From an uncultured virus (IMG/VR IMGVR_UViG_3300030108_001449) (Duplodnaviria; Heunggongvirae; Uroviricota; Caudoviricetes): DNA of 64,000 nt. The notes under the pieces are model-generated. The model was given only the letters and a program-made list of their open reading frames with translations, was not told the origin of the DNA and did no database searches. Both the position numbers and the translations under genes were made by a program. Each line of letters starts with the position of its first letter. The stretch's first letter is position 1. Positions 27,149-37,096 of the stretch are shown here, in pieces. The stretch lies in the IMG/VR virus record IMGVR_UViG_3300030108_001449, one strand, 5' to 3'.

Positions 27149-27970
27149 CTAAGAATCTCGCTTAACTTGTATACCATTAATGACAACAGACTCACCAACT
27201 TTTAGATTTTTAAGCTTCAACTTATCTGCTTGACTAAGATTAGCAATATCAATTGTGCCTTGACTTTCATCGAAGCTGTAACTTGGTTTTGCAACAGATT
27301 GAGGAAACACTTTTTCAATGTCGTAGGTTGGTCGATAGATTGTAATCATTTGACCGGGATTATTTGGATCAGGTATTTGTTGTGGCCTAGCCATAGAAAG
27401 ACGTTGCTTAGAAAGCTCAAACTTTGATTTGTTGGCTGGCAACGCCAAAAACGCATCTCTTTCAGTAGGGCTTAATTTCTCTAAAGCTTCTAAAAACGCA
27501 TAAGCGTCTGCATCTGGTTTTTCAAGAAAATCTCGACTGTCTTTAAGCTCTGCAAGCTTGAAAGCTTGTTCATATTCAAGAGCACCTTTGTTAATTGCAA
27601 TTTGCTCTTGACGTTTTTTTTCTGTTTCTGTGTAGGCAAACTGCAAAATCTTTTGCTTTAAATCGTCTGCTCTTTTTTGCCTAGCTTGCGCTGCCTCGTT
27701 AAACGCATTGAACCCTGCTGCCAATCCATAACCAATAGATGCTGGCTGACCACTGGCTGCTTGCTCTGTCAATCCTTTTGACAAAGAGGTCGCTAAATCA
27801 TAAATGCTTGGCTCTCTTTCTGCTGGAAACAAAGCAGAAAGCTCTCTGCCTTTTGCCTGAATGTCCTCAATGTCAAAAGCAGGACTTGCGTCATAAATGC
27901 CTTGCATCTGCCTTTTGTATCTATCGCCAGCAGAACCCGGTTCAAATATATCAATGTCATCACGCTGCAT
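27149..27970 (-). CDS. Putative internal virion / ejection protein
   Basis: Likely start ATG 27970 (GGAGG SD), MQRDDIDIFEP...; coiled-coil with a GYGLAAG segment. Confidence 0.6.
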   Translation of the reverse strand: MQRDDIDIFEPGSAGDRYKRQMQGIYDASPAFDIEDIQAKGRELSALFPAEREPSIYDLATSLSKGLTEQAASGQPASIGYGLAAGFNAFNEAAQARQKRADDLKQKILQFAYTETEKKRQEQIAINKGALEYEQAFKLAELKDSRDFLEKPDADAYAFLEALEKLSPTERDAFLALPANKSKFELSKQRLSMARPQQIPDPNNPGQMITIYRPTYDIEKVFPQSVAKPSYSFDESQGTIDIANLSQADKLKLKNLKVGESVVINGIQVKRDS

Positions 27971-30224
27971 AACCAAAGCCTCCTCTTTGAGTTCCACCAA
28001 AGAAGTTTCCAAGTGCTCCAAGTGTTCCTAGCCCAGTTGCTAATCCAGCTTGTAGTGGAGAAGGTCTTGGGGCAAATGTGGTTTGTGTCTGGAACTGCCC
28101 TGCTGGTGCTGTTTGGATAAATGGTAACAGAGCCTGATACTGAGCTAATGGTGCTTGCTGTGCTTGCATCGCGTTTGCTCTAATTGCGTCCATTTGCGCT
28201 TGTGATAGTTGTTGCTGTTGGCCTCCCATTCCAGCCAACGTGTTTATGTCTGTTAACCCAGCTTGCTGAGCTTGTGATCCAAGGCCAGAAAGGAATCCAC
28301 CATAGCCTTGTTGCGCTCCCAGTCTTTGCGCTCCTATTTGACCAAGTGTGCTTCCAAGACCAGTTCTTGCCTGTAACCCCTGTCCTGCTGTCTGTCCCAA
28401 ACCAGCAGCTAACTGTCTTTGAGATCCAAGCTGTTGCCCTGCAATTCCACTTAACAAGTTTCCAAACCCTGTACCAGCAGATAATCTTTGCCCTGCTGCT
28501 GATCCCAATGTGCCAGCTAATCTTTGCTGAGAAGCAAGTTGTTGCGCTCCTAATCCTGATAAAAGACTTCCATATCCTGTGCCAGCAGCCAGTCTCTGAC
28601 CAGCAGCACCACCTAGCGTTCTTGTAAAATCTCTGCCAGCACCATATTGCTGACCTGCTAATCCAGCCAGCCCACTAGCTGCTGCTCTTCTGGCTTGTTG
28701 TTGTCTTCCAAACTCACCCATAGCAGCACGTTGTGCCTGACCAAACCCTCTGGATCTTATACCAGCTAACGCTTCGCCAAGACCTCTTCCAAGAGCTTCT
28801 CTGCGTTCTTCTGCTCCTAGTCTTGCCCTAGATCCAAATGCTGACTCGCCACCTCTGGCAATGTCTCTTGCTCTCTGGGAAATGTCAGCTTTATCGCCAG
28901 CTTCTAACGCATCAGAAATAGTTTGTTGAACAACTCTCTCTTCAAAAGGATCGTAAAACTGTTCAGTCATCGATGGATCAAACGCGCCAGTGGTTTGTCT
29001 GAGCAAGTCTCCAGACTCCCCTAGCCTTTGGCCCAACCTTCCAACAGTGCCAGCAGCAGTTCCTACGACATCAGAAATGTCTCTGCCAAATCTATCGTAT
29101 ACCTGACCACCTAAACGCTCTACATCGCCTAATCTTTGACCAAACTCATCAGCAGCACCTCTGGCAGTGCCAACCATGTCTGAAACGTCTGCGCCAAATC
29201 TATCATATACTTGACCACCAAAACGCTCTATGTCACCAAGTCGTCTGCCAAACTCATCAGTAGCTCCACGCTGTATTCTGTCAGTTTCGCTAAGCCTTCC
29301 AAGAAAAGTTCCAGTCGCTTGTCGCGCAAGTCTGTCTTGTTCTCCTAACCCAGATTGCAACTGGCTGATTCCAGTTCGATAGGCATCTTCGCTTCTTTGC
29401 AGATAAGGAGACTGTACGCCAACCAAGTCTCTGGCTAACTGTTGCGCTCGTAATTGATCAGGGGTAAACCCTGCTATTTCTTGAGGAACAACAACAGGTC
29501 TTCCTTCTTCATCAAAGAAGGTGCGCTCTGCTGCTTGCATAGCACCGGGTATAAATCCACCCTGCCCATCCAATCCAAATAGCAACTGCTTGGTTAAAGG
29601 ATCTAACCCAGTTTGCTGTTGCAACACTGAAGTTGCATAAGGGTCTTGATCGCTTGGGGGAGTGGGAGCAGTAGGATTTGCATCGCTTGGGGGAGTGGGA
29701 GCAGTAGGATTTGCCCTGACCCCCACAGGATCTGTTGGGTTGCCTCTCAAGTATTGCTCTGCATTCATTTTTGGAACAGTGTTCTCGCCCATAACACTGG
29801 CAAAATCAAAAGGATTTCTCAATTTAAATCCTTCATTAAGTCCTTCTGGAGTTGGCCTAAAGGGGAGAGTGCTTGCCCTTTCGAATGGTGCTATGGCTGA
29901 ATCATTAAATATATTTGGTGGGGTTTCCACTCCACCAGCTTGAGGCAATCCTGAAACAAAACTAATTGGAGTAGGAGGAGGAGTAAAGGCTGGACGATCA
30001 TAAACTGGACTGGGGCGATTAATTAATCCTTCTGGGGTTCTTACTGGCTGACCAGTTACGTTTAAAGGCATTGCCTTCCCACGCCTTCCACTGGTATCCT
30101 GCGCTTGCCTTCCACCAGCTCCAAAAACGCCACCAGTTTGAGGCAGGGCAAAGTCTTCTAGCAGACGTTGCGAAAAAGGATTTGCCATCCCAAGCCTTCC
30201 AGCATTTCTAAACATTGCCATCAC
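27960..30224 (-). CDS. Gly/Gln/Ala-rich DNA pilot/ejection protein (putative)
   Basis: Amphipathic repeats, FYDPFEERVVQ and AFGSRA motifs, C-terminal SPLQAGLATGLG. Confidence 0.65.
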   Translation of the reverse strand: MMAMFRNAGRLGMANPFSQRLLEDFALPQTGGVFGAGGRQAQDTSGRRGKAMPLNVTGQPVRTPEGLINRPSPVYDRPAFTPPPTPISFVSGLPQAGGVETPPNIFNDSAIAPFERASTLPFRPTPEGLNEGFKLRNPFDFASVMGENTVPKMNAEQYLRGNPTDPVGVRANPTAPTPPSDANPTAPTPPSDQDPYATSVLQQQTGLDPLTKQLLFGLDGQGGFIPGAMQAAERTFFDEEGRPVVVPQEIAGFTPDQLRAQQLARDLVGVQSPYLQRSEDAYRTGISQLQSGLGEQDRLARQATGTFLGRLSETDRIQRGATDEFGRRLGDIERFGGQVYDRFGADVSDMVGTARGAADEFGQRLGDVERLGGQVYDRFGRDISDVVGTAAGTVGRLGQRLGESGDLLRQTTGAFDPSMTEQFYDPFEERVVQQTISDALEAGDKADISQRARDIARGGESAFGSRARLGAEERREALGRGLGEALAGIRSRGFGQAQRAAMGEFGRQQQARRAAASGLAGLAGQQYGAGRDFTRTLGGAAGQRLAAGTGYGSLLSGLGAQQLASQQRLAGTLGSAAGQRLSAGTGFGNLLSGIAGQQLGSQRQLAAGLGQTAGQGLQARTGLGSTLGQIGAQRLGAQQGYGGFLSGLGSQAQQAGLTDINTLAGMGGQQQQLSQAQMDAIRANAMQAQQAPLAQYQALLPFIQTAPAGQFQTQTTFAPRPSPLQAGLATGLGTLGALGNFFGGTQRGGFGYAA
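29649..29714 (+). repeat. Perfect 33-bp tandem duplication encoding ANPTAPTPPSD twice
   Basis: ATCGCTTGGGGGAGTGGGAGCAGTAGGATTTGC x2. Confidence 0.9.
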
Positions 30225-32245
30225 GCAACTCCTGCTTGATTTTCAAAGGCAGACATCAGGCTATACATGTTTTGTGTACCTCGCTCTCTGCTTTCTTGAG
30301 CAGAGGGTATCAAGCTGATAATGCCACCTTTGTTTTCTATCTCGTAAGTACCAGCACCCCTGACTGCCTGTCCTGTCATCACAAATTCACCATCACTTAA
30401 CATGGCTGGAATGTCATCAGAAGTCTCAGTGCCTTCTCCACTGATGCCACCATTCATTCTTTGAAAATCTTCCATTGCCACGTTACCACCTTCAGCGTAA
30501 GCCATAGGGTAAACTGTGCCACCTTGGCTCATGTTTCTGAAGTCGTCAACGTATCTGGATACAACAGGAGGTCTTCTTCCAGCACTACCACTCAGTTCTG
30601 GGAAAGTGCCTTGAGGCATTAAACCAAACTCAACTGGATTAGGTTGTGCGCCACCCATCCTTCTGGCAATTTCAGCCTCGATGTTATATCTACCAACCGG
30701 ATCCATTGTGGTCAATGGTGTCAAAGGAACACCTTTTCTATTTCTGGCTTCATCCATTGCCATCTTGCCAAGCAAATAAGCAGGGATGCCAGCAGCTAAT
30801 AACCCGGATATACCTCCACCTCCAAGAAGATTGCCACCAAGCCTTCCACCTCCAGCTTGTCCTAACAAGGAATCCAAACCACCACCTTGTCGAACTGGGT
30901 CTGATGATCTTCCTTTTAAAATATCCTCGATCAAACCAAGCCTACTTTGACCCGGCTGATCTTGTCTTAGACCAAGGCGTTGTAATAAGCTGCCACCTTG
31001 ACCACCACCTTGACTGGCAGTAGCCATTTGAAAAATGTCATCTAAACTTGATCCGCTGTCGTACAAATCATCAAAAGTTGACTGTTGCATTCCTGATCTT
31101 TGAATCGCTTGAAGCTTGTCTTGAATGGAAAGCTGCTCACCAATTGTCCCATACTGCTGCCCTCCTACCATTGCCGGGCTTCCCATTAATTGGTTGTACT
31201 GATCTTCTACTGGAATACCTTGCCTTGCTAATTCCCTGATCTCTTGAGGAGACATGCCAGCGTCTTGTAACATGTTGAACTGATCACCGCGCTCACCACC
31301 AAGTCCACCTCTGAAAGTCCTGCCAATGTTCTTGAACAAGCCTCTGTCATCAGCACCCGGCAATATGAACTCTTTGGTTTTTCCTAGCAATCCACGAATA
31401 CCACCACCTGATCCTATCTTGCCCGCTGTAGGTATTGGGGAAGCAAGACCAGCCAAAGCCAATGGGCTTTGTTTACCCTTGGCAACGTCATACACAGTTA
31501 ACGCTTTGTCAGCAATCGCTGCTATTGGTTGCCAAGGGCCGGGGATAAACTGAGCTACTTTTGCAATTGGTCTAATTACTTTCTTGAGTGCTTTACCTAT
31601 TTTCTTGAAGAAGCCAAACTCTTCCAAACCTGTTGCTGGATTCAATGCGGCAATACCAGTTCCAGCGATTGCAGTCTCTGGCTGTATTCCATACGACTGA
31701 AACTTTCTTTCAATCAGGTTTTCAAATTTAGGATCATCCTCAAACATCTGTGCAGGAAGAACTACTTCTCCCGGCGATAAATGGGCAAGCACTGTGTCTT
31801 CATTTGTGCCAGCTTCTTGTACTGTTTTGGCGAAGTCAGCCAATGGTGCGCTTGTGCTCAACTCGATATTTTCTATCATGCGAGACAGCATTTGTTTTTC
31901 TTCTGGATCTTCAGTTGACATTAATTGCATCTGAAGTTCTTGAATACCTTCGTCAATAGAAGCTGATGGAGAAGACCCTCGAATCAAGGCTTCTATTTGA
32001 TTTTTCACATCGCTAGGTAACTCGTTTGGATTCAAAGGCAAATTTTGTATTTCTGGTGAGGGCATTGTTTGCATATAATTGCCAAAAGGATCTGCTTGGC
32101 TTGGCTGGCCTCTTGGGTTTTCTCTTCCATCAAGAGAAAAATCAATCCCTCTTTCCCTGTCTGTTCTTGGGTTTGAAGCTGGCTGCAAAGCACCAGTCCC
32201 TTCCATGTACTGATACACTTGCTGATCTAATCCACTCAAGCTCAT
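30221..32245 (-). CDS. Putative internal virion / DNA transfer protein
   Basis: DTVLAHLSPGEVV, NPATGLEEFGFFKKI and GTETSDDIPAMLSDGEFVMT motifs; Gly-rich. Confidence 0.65.
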   Translation of the reverse strand: MSLSGLDQQVYQYMEGTGALQPASNPRTDRERGIDFSLDGRENPRGQPSQADPFGNYMQTMPSPEIQNLPLNPNELPSDVKNQIEALIRGSSPSASIDEGIQELQMQLMSTEDPEEKQMLSRMIENIELSTSAPLADFAKTVQEAGTNEDTVLAHLSPGEVVLPAQMFEDDPKFENLIERKFQSYGIQPETAIAGTGIAALNPATGLEEFGFFKKIGKALKKVIRPIAKVAQFIPGPWQPIAAIADKALTVYDVAKGKQSPLALAGLASPIPTAGKIGSGGGIRGLLGKTKEFILPGADDRGLFKNIGRTFRGGLGGERGDQFNMLQDAGMSPQEIRELARQGIPVEDQYNQLMGSPAMVGGQQYGTIGEQLSIQDKLQAIQRSGMQQSTFDDLYDSGSSLDDIFQMATASQGGGQGGSLLQRLGLRQDQPGQSRLGLIEDILKGRSSDPVRQGGGLDSLLGQAGGGRLGGNLLGGGGISGLLAAGIPAYLLGKMAMDEARNRKGVPLTPLTTMDPVGRYNIEAEIARRMGGAQPNPVEFGLMPQGTFPELSGSAGRRPPVVSRYVDDFRNMSQGGTVYPMAYAEGGNVAMEDFQRMNGGISGEGTETSDDIPAMLSDGEFVMTGQAVRGAGTYEIENKGGIISLIPSAQESRERGTQNMYSLMSAFENQAGVA

Positions 32246-32553
32246 GATGTAGTCACCGTTACGCTTCCTATGCTGGCTGTTATCCCCAAGCCAGTTGGGT
32301 AGGTTTGATGGGCATAGAGATCCCTGAATGTAGTACCATCAAACGCCTGATGTATTTCATTCGTAGTATTGAATATTATAGCACCTGTTGCAAAACTTAA
32401 ACTTGATATTTCGTCTGCGTTGAAGTGTGGAGAAACGTCTGGGTCAAACGAATCGAAGTTAAGTTCCAGTATTCTTACCAGCCTGTTAAACGTTGCAGAA
32501 GATACGTTTTCACCCTGAGAAAATGGCAGTCTGGTTTCAAGCAGCTTGCTCAT
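32242..32553 (-). CDS. Virion structural protein
   Basis: 103 aa, coupled to the stabilisation gene. Confidence 0.6.
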   Translation of the reverse strand: MSKLLETRLPFSQGENVSSATFNRLVRILELNFDSFDPDVSPHFNADEISSLSFATGAIIFNTTNEIHQAFDGTTFRDLYAHQTYPTGLGITASIGSVTVTTS

Positions 32554-34445
32554 CTTCTGCCACTGGGCTGAATGTCCATCCTAGTGCTTCCAAGCTTCCA
32601 TTTGTAATTCAATCGATCTGAAAGATCATTGTCATCATCAGATTCGATCCTCACAACGACTTGCCTAGCTCTGGATCTAAGGCTTTGATACGTTGTAGAC
32701 GCTGTAATCTGTAAAGTTGAGTCAGTTGATAACGTTTCGTTAGGGAAATTTCTTCTTTTTAACACAAAATTAACAGCCCCATTTTGAGATGTGCCAACGT
32801 CATTAACGAAAGCTATGTCAGGGATAACTTTTTTAACAAAAGCAAAAGCGTCACCATCACCTATATCAACATCTGCTGATTCAATAAAAACGCCATCCAT
32901 TGATGAAGTGTCATCGTTAAATCCACTTTCGTGCTCGAAAAGACAATTTGATGATGATACTTGACCAGATGCCATTGGCTTATCTTCTATGCCAGCATCT
33001 AACCAAGCGTATCTAACCAAAGATCCTATTGACCATGAGTTTTCTTCATAGTTATAAATGACATATCTGGATATTTCACCAGTGTCATCTTCGATGCTAG
33101 GATAAAAAAACCAAACCTCTCCAAATTCTGCGTTTAACGACATAAAACATTTGAACGCCTGATCCAAGTTTAAGTCATTGAACACATATTCTTGTACTGA
33201 GCATGGCAATCTATTAACTGATCCATTGTAAAAATAAAATCCCGTCTTGCTTGCAAAGTAAACTCCATTTGGAGCGTTAATTGCGCCCTTCGGAGAAACC
33301 AGTCCTGCGCCCTCGTTGATGAGATTCAATGCAAACGTTAAAGGAGGCCCAATAAAATTCATTGAGTAAAGAGAGGTGTCAGTCCAGATCAGCACTTCCT
33401 GTCTGGATTTCAATCCCCCAATAATTAAAGAGCCTGAAGACAATCGAACAGATCCTGCTGAGTTTGTTGTCGTTGTCTCAAAATCTAATTCGTTTTCAGA
33501 GTCAGAGAAAGCAACCAGCATTGGATCAATTGATCCAGTTCTTGAACTGCCAGAAAGTGGATCTGCGCCCAAGACAATTAAATGTCTATCTGTCTCAGAG
33601 GTAATCACCTGTAACCCAACAGTTGGCACTTGATTTGCGCCACTTACCCCAGACAAGTCTGCTGCCCTTACGCTGGTTCCACTGTTTTCTACCCACCTGT
33701 AAATCCCAGCACCCCTGACGTTAATTATCAGGTCTTCACCAAAATTATCGTGTGTCCATATTCTTAACTGATTGACAGATGATATTGCAGAGGCAGATCC
33801 AAAAGTTCCTGCCCCCCATGTCCCTACGCCCCAGCCAGTGCTTTTAACGTAATCATCTAGGCCCACGTTTATTTGATATGCACCAACTACACTGCCACCA
33901 CCATTACCTGAGTCTGATGCGTTTGCAGTGACAGTTGCCCCAGATGTGTCTTTGGCCGTGATAGTATAGGCGTTTGCGCTAGTGACCAACAGAATTTGAT
34001 ATTCTTGATTGAGAACAGCAGCAGTTACAAGGCCACCTAAACTGGATGCTCCTGAAAAAGTAACAAAGTCGTTATTCTCTGCGCCATGCCCTGTGTCTGT
34101 GACTGTTATTGTTGATGAGCCATTGGTTGCTGCAAAAGTAACATCGCCAGCAGAAGTCGTAGATCGCAAAGGTGTAACGTCATAATAGGTTTCACCTTCT
34201 TTTATGTAGTATTTGAAGGTTGTTCCAATACCAATGTATCGAGTGCCACCCAGAGAAATCCATGAGTGAAGTGCTCTACCTAATCCCAGAAAAGAATTAG
34301 TTCCTGACTTAACCCATCCACCTATTTTTTCGACAAGACCTTTGCGAAACCTGACTAGGTTCCCATCAACCCAACCACCTTCAGCAGAATAGTTGGTGTT
34401 CTCTTTGTCGATCCCTGCTTTGAAGTTGAGTTTTGCGAATGGCAT
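32550..34445 (-). CDS. Tail tubular / DNA stabilisation protein (P22 gp10-like position)
   Basis: 631 aa beta-rich; NLVRFRKGLVEKIGGW start; location just before the ejection genes. Confidence 0.7.
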   Translation of the reverse strand: MPFAKLNFKAGIDKENTNYSAEGGWVDGNLVRFRKGLVEKIGGWVKSGTNSFLGLGRALHSWISLGGTRYIGIGTTFKYYIKEGETYYDVTPLRSTTSAGDVTFAATNGSSTITVTDTGHGAENNDFVTFSGASSLGGLVTAAVLNQEYQILLVTSANAYTITAKDTSGATVTANASDSGNGGGSVVGAYQINVGLDDYVKSTGWGVGTWGAGTFGSASAISSVNQLRIWTHDNFGEDLIINVRGAGIYRWVENSGTSVRAADLSGVSGANQVPTVGLQVITSETDRHLIVLGADPLSGSSRTGSIDPMLVAFSDSENELDFETTTTNSAGSVRLSSGSLIIGGLKSRQEVLIWTDTSLYSMNFIGPPLTFALNLINEGAGLVSPKGAINAPNGVYFASKTGFYFYNGSVNRLPCSVQEYVFNDLNLDQAFKCFMSLNAEFGEVWFFYPSIEDDTGEISRYVIYNYEENSWSIGSLVRYAWLDAGIEDKPMASGQVSSSNCLFEHESGFNDDTSSMDGVFIESADVDIGDGDAFAFVKKVIPDIAFVNDVGTSQNGAVNFVLKRRNFPNETLSTDSTLQITASTTYQSLRSRARQVVVRIESDDDNDLSDRLNYKWKLGSTRMDIQPSGRR

Positions 34446-34448
34446 GTA

Positions 34449-34880
34449 TCATGCTAATCGAATAATTGCAGCAGTTGCGTTTGCAGCAGGAAATACAATG
34501 GTAAAGTTTCCAGCAGTGCTAGTCTTATCTCCACCAAAATCCACAACACAAACAGCAGGATCGCCTGATGCGCTGTCATTGTATATCATACAAGAACGTG
34601 CCGTTACGGTGGCCGTCCCAAATGTAAGATCTGAAAAATCACATAGAGCTGTAGTGCCACTTGAGGTTGGAGTTACAGAGGTTAACGCTGCTCCACCACT
34701 TGTATAGTTCGTGCCACTGGCTTCCTGACTGGTGCTAAATGCAGTGGTTGTTGCGCCCATTGTTGCGCTGCTAGTGTATAAAGCAAGTTTAAAAGTGTTT
34801 CCACTTGTCGCTGTGAAGTTGTGGACTCCTTTTAACGCTTCAACTTTAAAGGAAGTGCAGATAGCAGAGGTCGTAGCCAT
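34449..34880 (-). CDS. Virion structural protein
   Basis: FKLALYTSSAT...DFGGDKTST..FTIVFP; homolog of 58046..58516. Confidence 0.75.
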   Translation of the reverse strand: MATTSAICTSFKVEALKGVHNFTATSGNTFKLALYTSSATMGATTTAFSTSQEASGTNYTSGGAALTSVTPTSSGTTALCDFSDLTFGTATVTARSCMIYNDSASGDPAVCVVDFGGDKTSTAGNFTIVFPAANATAAIIRLA

Positions 34881-34881
34881 G

Positions 34882-35172
34882 TCAAAGCTCCTTAACAATT
34901 TTTGCCATATCTTCATGACCTTGGCTGTTGAGAAGCCCCACTATTGTGGTGCGATCACTGATTATAGCGTTCTTAATTCCTTCCAATATTATCTGATAAA
35001 TGTAATTTTTAAAAGCCAAAGCTTGTTGTCGAATGTGGTCAGGAGCTTGCTCTGAAACCCCACAAATCTTGTCAGTAAGTATTTTTGCCCAAAATTCTGG
35101 ATCATGGCCTTTGTTGACTGTTGTCTCGACTGTAATTTTGCCCAAATCTGCAAAAGCTTTATCTTCAAGCAT
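34882..35172 (-). CDS. Conserved phage protein
   Basis: IRQQALAFK..AIISDRTT; homolog of 58516..58806. Confidence 0.7.
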   Translation of the reverse strand: MLEDKAFADLGKITVETTVNKGHDPEFWAKILTDKICGVSEQAPDHIRQQALAFKNYIYQIILEGIKNAIISDRTTIVGLLNSQGHEDMAKIVKEL

Positions 35173-35416
35173 ACTTTTTTCCTGCATTTTTGTTTCTTGG
35201 AAAAGATCTGTTAGTGCTTGGTTTTTGCACAGAAAGGTTGCTTAACTTAAAGTTGGAAGGATCGCCATCTTTGTGATGAACGTCTTTGCCATCACCTTTG
35301 TGGACTAAACCTTTTTTCTCCAACAAGCCTCTGGCTTTGTTTCTTGCTGCCCTGCGTTTTTTTTGTTTTGGGCTGCTGTGATAATTTTCGTATTCTTTTT
35401 TATAATCTCTACCCAT
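35165..35416 (-). CDS. HNH endonuclease
   Basis: GDGKDVHHKDGDPSN..SNL......NRS. Confidence 0.75.
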   Translation of the reverse strand: MGRDYKKEYENYHSSPKQKKRRAARNKARGLLEKKGLVHKGDGKDVHHKDGDPSNFKLSNLSVQKPSTNRSFPRNKNAGKKYA

Positions 35417-35418
35417 AG

Positions 35419-36138
35419 CTATCCTTTATATGGTTCTGGGGAGCTTATTTGCTCTGGCATTTCTATTCCATTCTCTGCCATTTTAACAGGCAACTCAGAG
35501 ACATTGCACACCAACCATTTATCTGATGTTGGCATCGCCACCTTGGGGTCAGGCAAACGATGGTAGCCATACAGCCTTTCATGTAAAGGCACGTTCTGAT
35601 CCAGTAAAGTCGATTTAGGAGAAGAACCAATTACGATGTTTTCTGACATACATTTAGCAATCCAAAACTCAACGCAAGCTCTTCCAGCTTCAGCAAAATG
35701 CAAATTGCTTTTGTAGGAGTAATCCAAGCCATACAAATCAAGCTGGCCCACTTTACACCAGTAAGCAAAAGCCAAGGCGTAAGCTACTGTGTTATTCAGG
35801 TAAGCACATTTTGCGTGGTTTATAACTTCGTCAACTGGATACTTAACCAAGGCTGGCACTCTGGAATCTAACTCACAACTGTAGATTGGAACCTTGAGAT
35901 TTGGCAGAATCTTACGCATGACATCTGTCTGTCTTCCTGCGTCATCGCTGTCTAAAAAACGAGAAGCTGGATCGAGCATAAACAAACGATCCACTCGAAA
36001 TGCTGCTGCTGCTGAATTTATTCCCCAGACTTCATCGTATTCAACAGAGTTTTCTAACCCTATAACAAAATCTATTTGCGAATGTCCTAACCCAACAATC
36101 GCAACTTTTTTGTCTTTCAGGGATTTTACAGGACGCAC
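35419..36138 (-). CDS. Rossmann-like protein resembling the sialyltransferase/MptE(DUF115)-type fold; function uncertain
   Basis: VAIVGLGHS..DEVWGIN..RLFMLD..NNTVAYALAFA..LYGLDY. Confidence 0.5.
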   Translation of the reverse strand: MRPVKSLKDKKVAIVGLGHSQIDFVIGLENSVEYDEVWGINSAAAAFRVDRLFMLDPASRFLDSDDAGRQTDVMRKILPNLKVPIYSCELDSRVPALVKYPVDEVINHAKCAYLNNTVAYALAFAYWCKVGQLDLYGLDYSYKSNLHFAEAGRACVEFWIAKCMSENIVIGSSPKSTLLDQNVPLHERLYGYHRLPDPKVAMPTSDKWLVCNVSELPVKMAENGIEMPEQISSPEPYKG

Positions 36139-36785
36139 TAAGACACGCCTTGCCGAAGCAAGTCGTATCGATATTCATCTCTGGTTTCTCTGCCTTCGCT
36201 AATATTTTTCATCCTTGCCACTGCCTCTTTAAATCGTGCTTCAAAATTACCTATAACATCAGGAGTTTCTTTTAAGAAAATAGCTCCCTCTGTTAAGGCT
36301 CCATAAAGTAAGGCATCAGGATGGTCGCTTGACAGAACTGTAGTTCCAGAATCAGAGCCAGCAGTCAAGCTTGCTGGCTTGTGTAAATAATGTAGCTCAA
36401 CAGTGTAAGCTGCATCAGGAATAGGGGCTAATTCAAAAGCAGTCTCATCAAACAAGCTGTAATATTTAGGTCTTCCAGTTGTTGCAGTCGATGAGGAATA
36501 CTCTTTAATAAAACTGGGATGTTTAAAATCCAAGTAGTGGTATGTGCTGGAAGAAATTACTGCCAAGCTAAAAGGCGCATAAAAATCGTCTGGGGTTGCC
36601 AGAAAACGATTACTGCTTGCAGTCGCTCCTTGAACATTCTTTCTTTGTTCAGGAAGCTGAACCATTTTAAAGATTCTGCTTTCGCTTTCTTTAATGAAGT
36701 TATTCAGGTTGTTTGTAAAGGTAGTCTCACTTACCTCCAAGTAATCCTGAATTGCAGTCTTTAATGTTGCTAATGTAAAACTCAT
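36138..36785 (-). CDS. Head-tail adaptor-like virion protein
   Basis: LKTAIQDY..TGRPKYY..APIPD..YTVELHY..PDALLYG; homolog of 58806..59444. Confidence 0.7.
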   Translation of the reverse strand: MSFTLATLKTAIQDYLEVSETTFTNNLNNFIKESESRIFKMVQLPEQRKNVQGATASSNRFLATPDDFYAPFSLAVISSSTYHYLDFKHPSFIKEYSSSTATTGRPKYYSLFDETAFELAPIPDAAYTVELHYLHKPASLTAGSDSGTTVLSSDHPDALLYGALTEGAIFLKETPDVIGNFEARFKEAVARMKNISEGRETRDEYRYDLLRQGVS

Positions 36786-37096
36786 GTCGTAATTGTCACG
36801 CTTCCAACGCTACAAGTCACCTCAAAAGTATCTAATTGCGCTCCCAGTTTACCATTACCCACATTGGTATAAACAGTAAAAAAATTCGCATCATCATCAG
36901 TATCTGGTCTAGCATTTCTAAGTGCTTGTGGATCGACAGGGGTTGCTCTTCGATCTATCTGAGGGTGTTTAGGACTCCACTGGTCTGGGCCAACAAGTAA
37001 CCCATCCCATGTTTTTTTCATGTCTCTGAGGCGATATCTGAACCCTGTGATATCACAGATTCCATAAGCATATTTACCAGTAGAAAAAGATGACAT
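36782..37096 (-). CDS. Conserved phage protein
   Basis: GKYAYGICDITGFRY..DPQALRNARPD; homolog of 59441..59746. Confidence 0.7.
   Translation of the reverse strand: MSSFSTGKYAYGICDITGFRYRLRDMKKTWDGLLVGPDQWSPKHPQIDRRATPVDPQALRNARPDTDDDANFFTVYTNVGNGKLGAQLDTFEVTCSVGSVTITT

Noticed and set aside
29060..29280. About 120-bp imperfect duplication in the pilot-like gene as a mobile or regulatory element
   Set aside because: In-frame duplication of amphipathic protein repeats.
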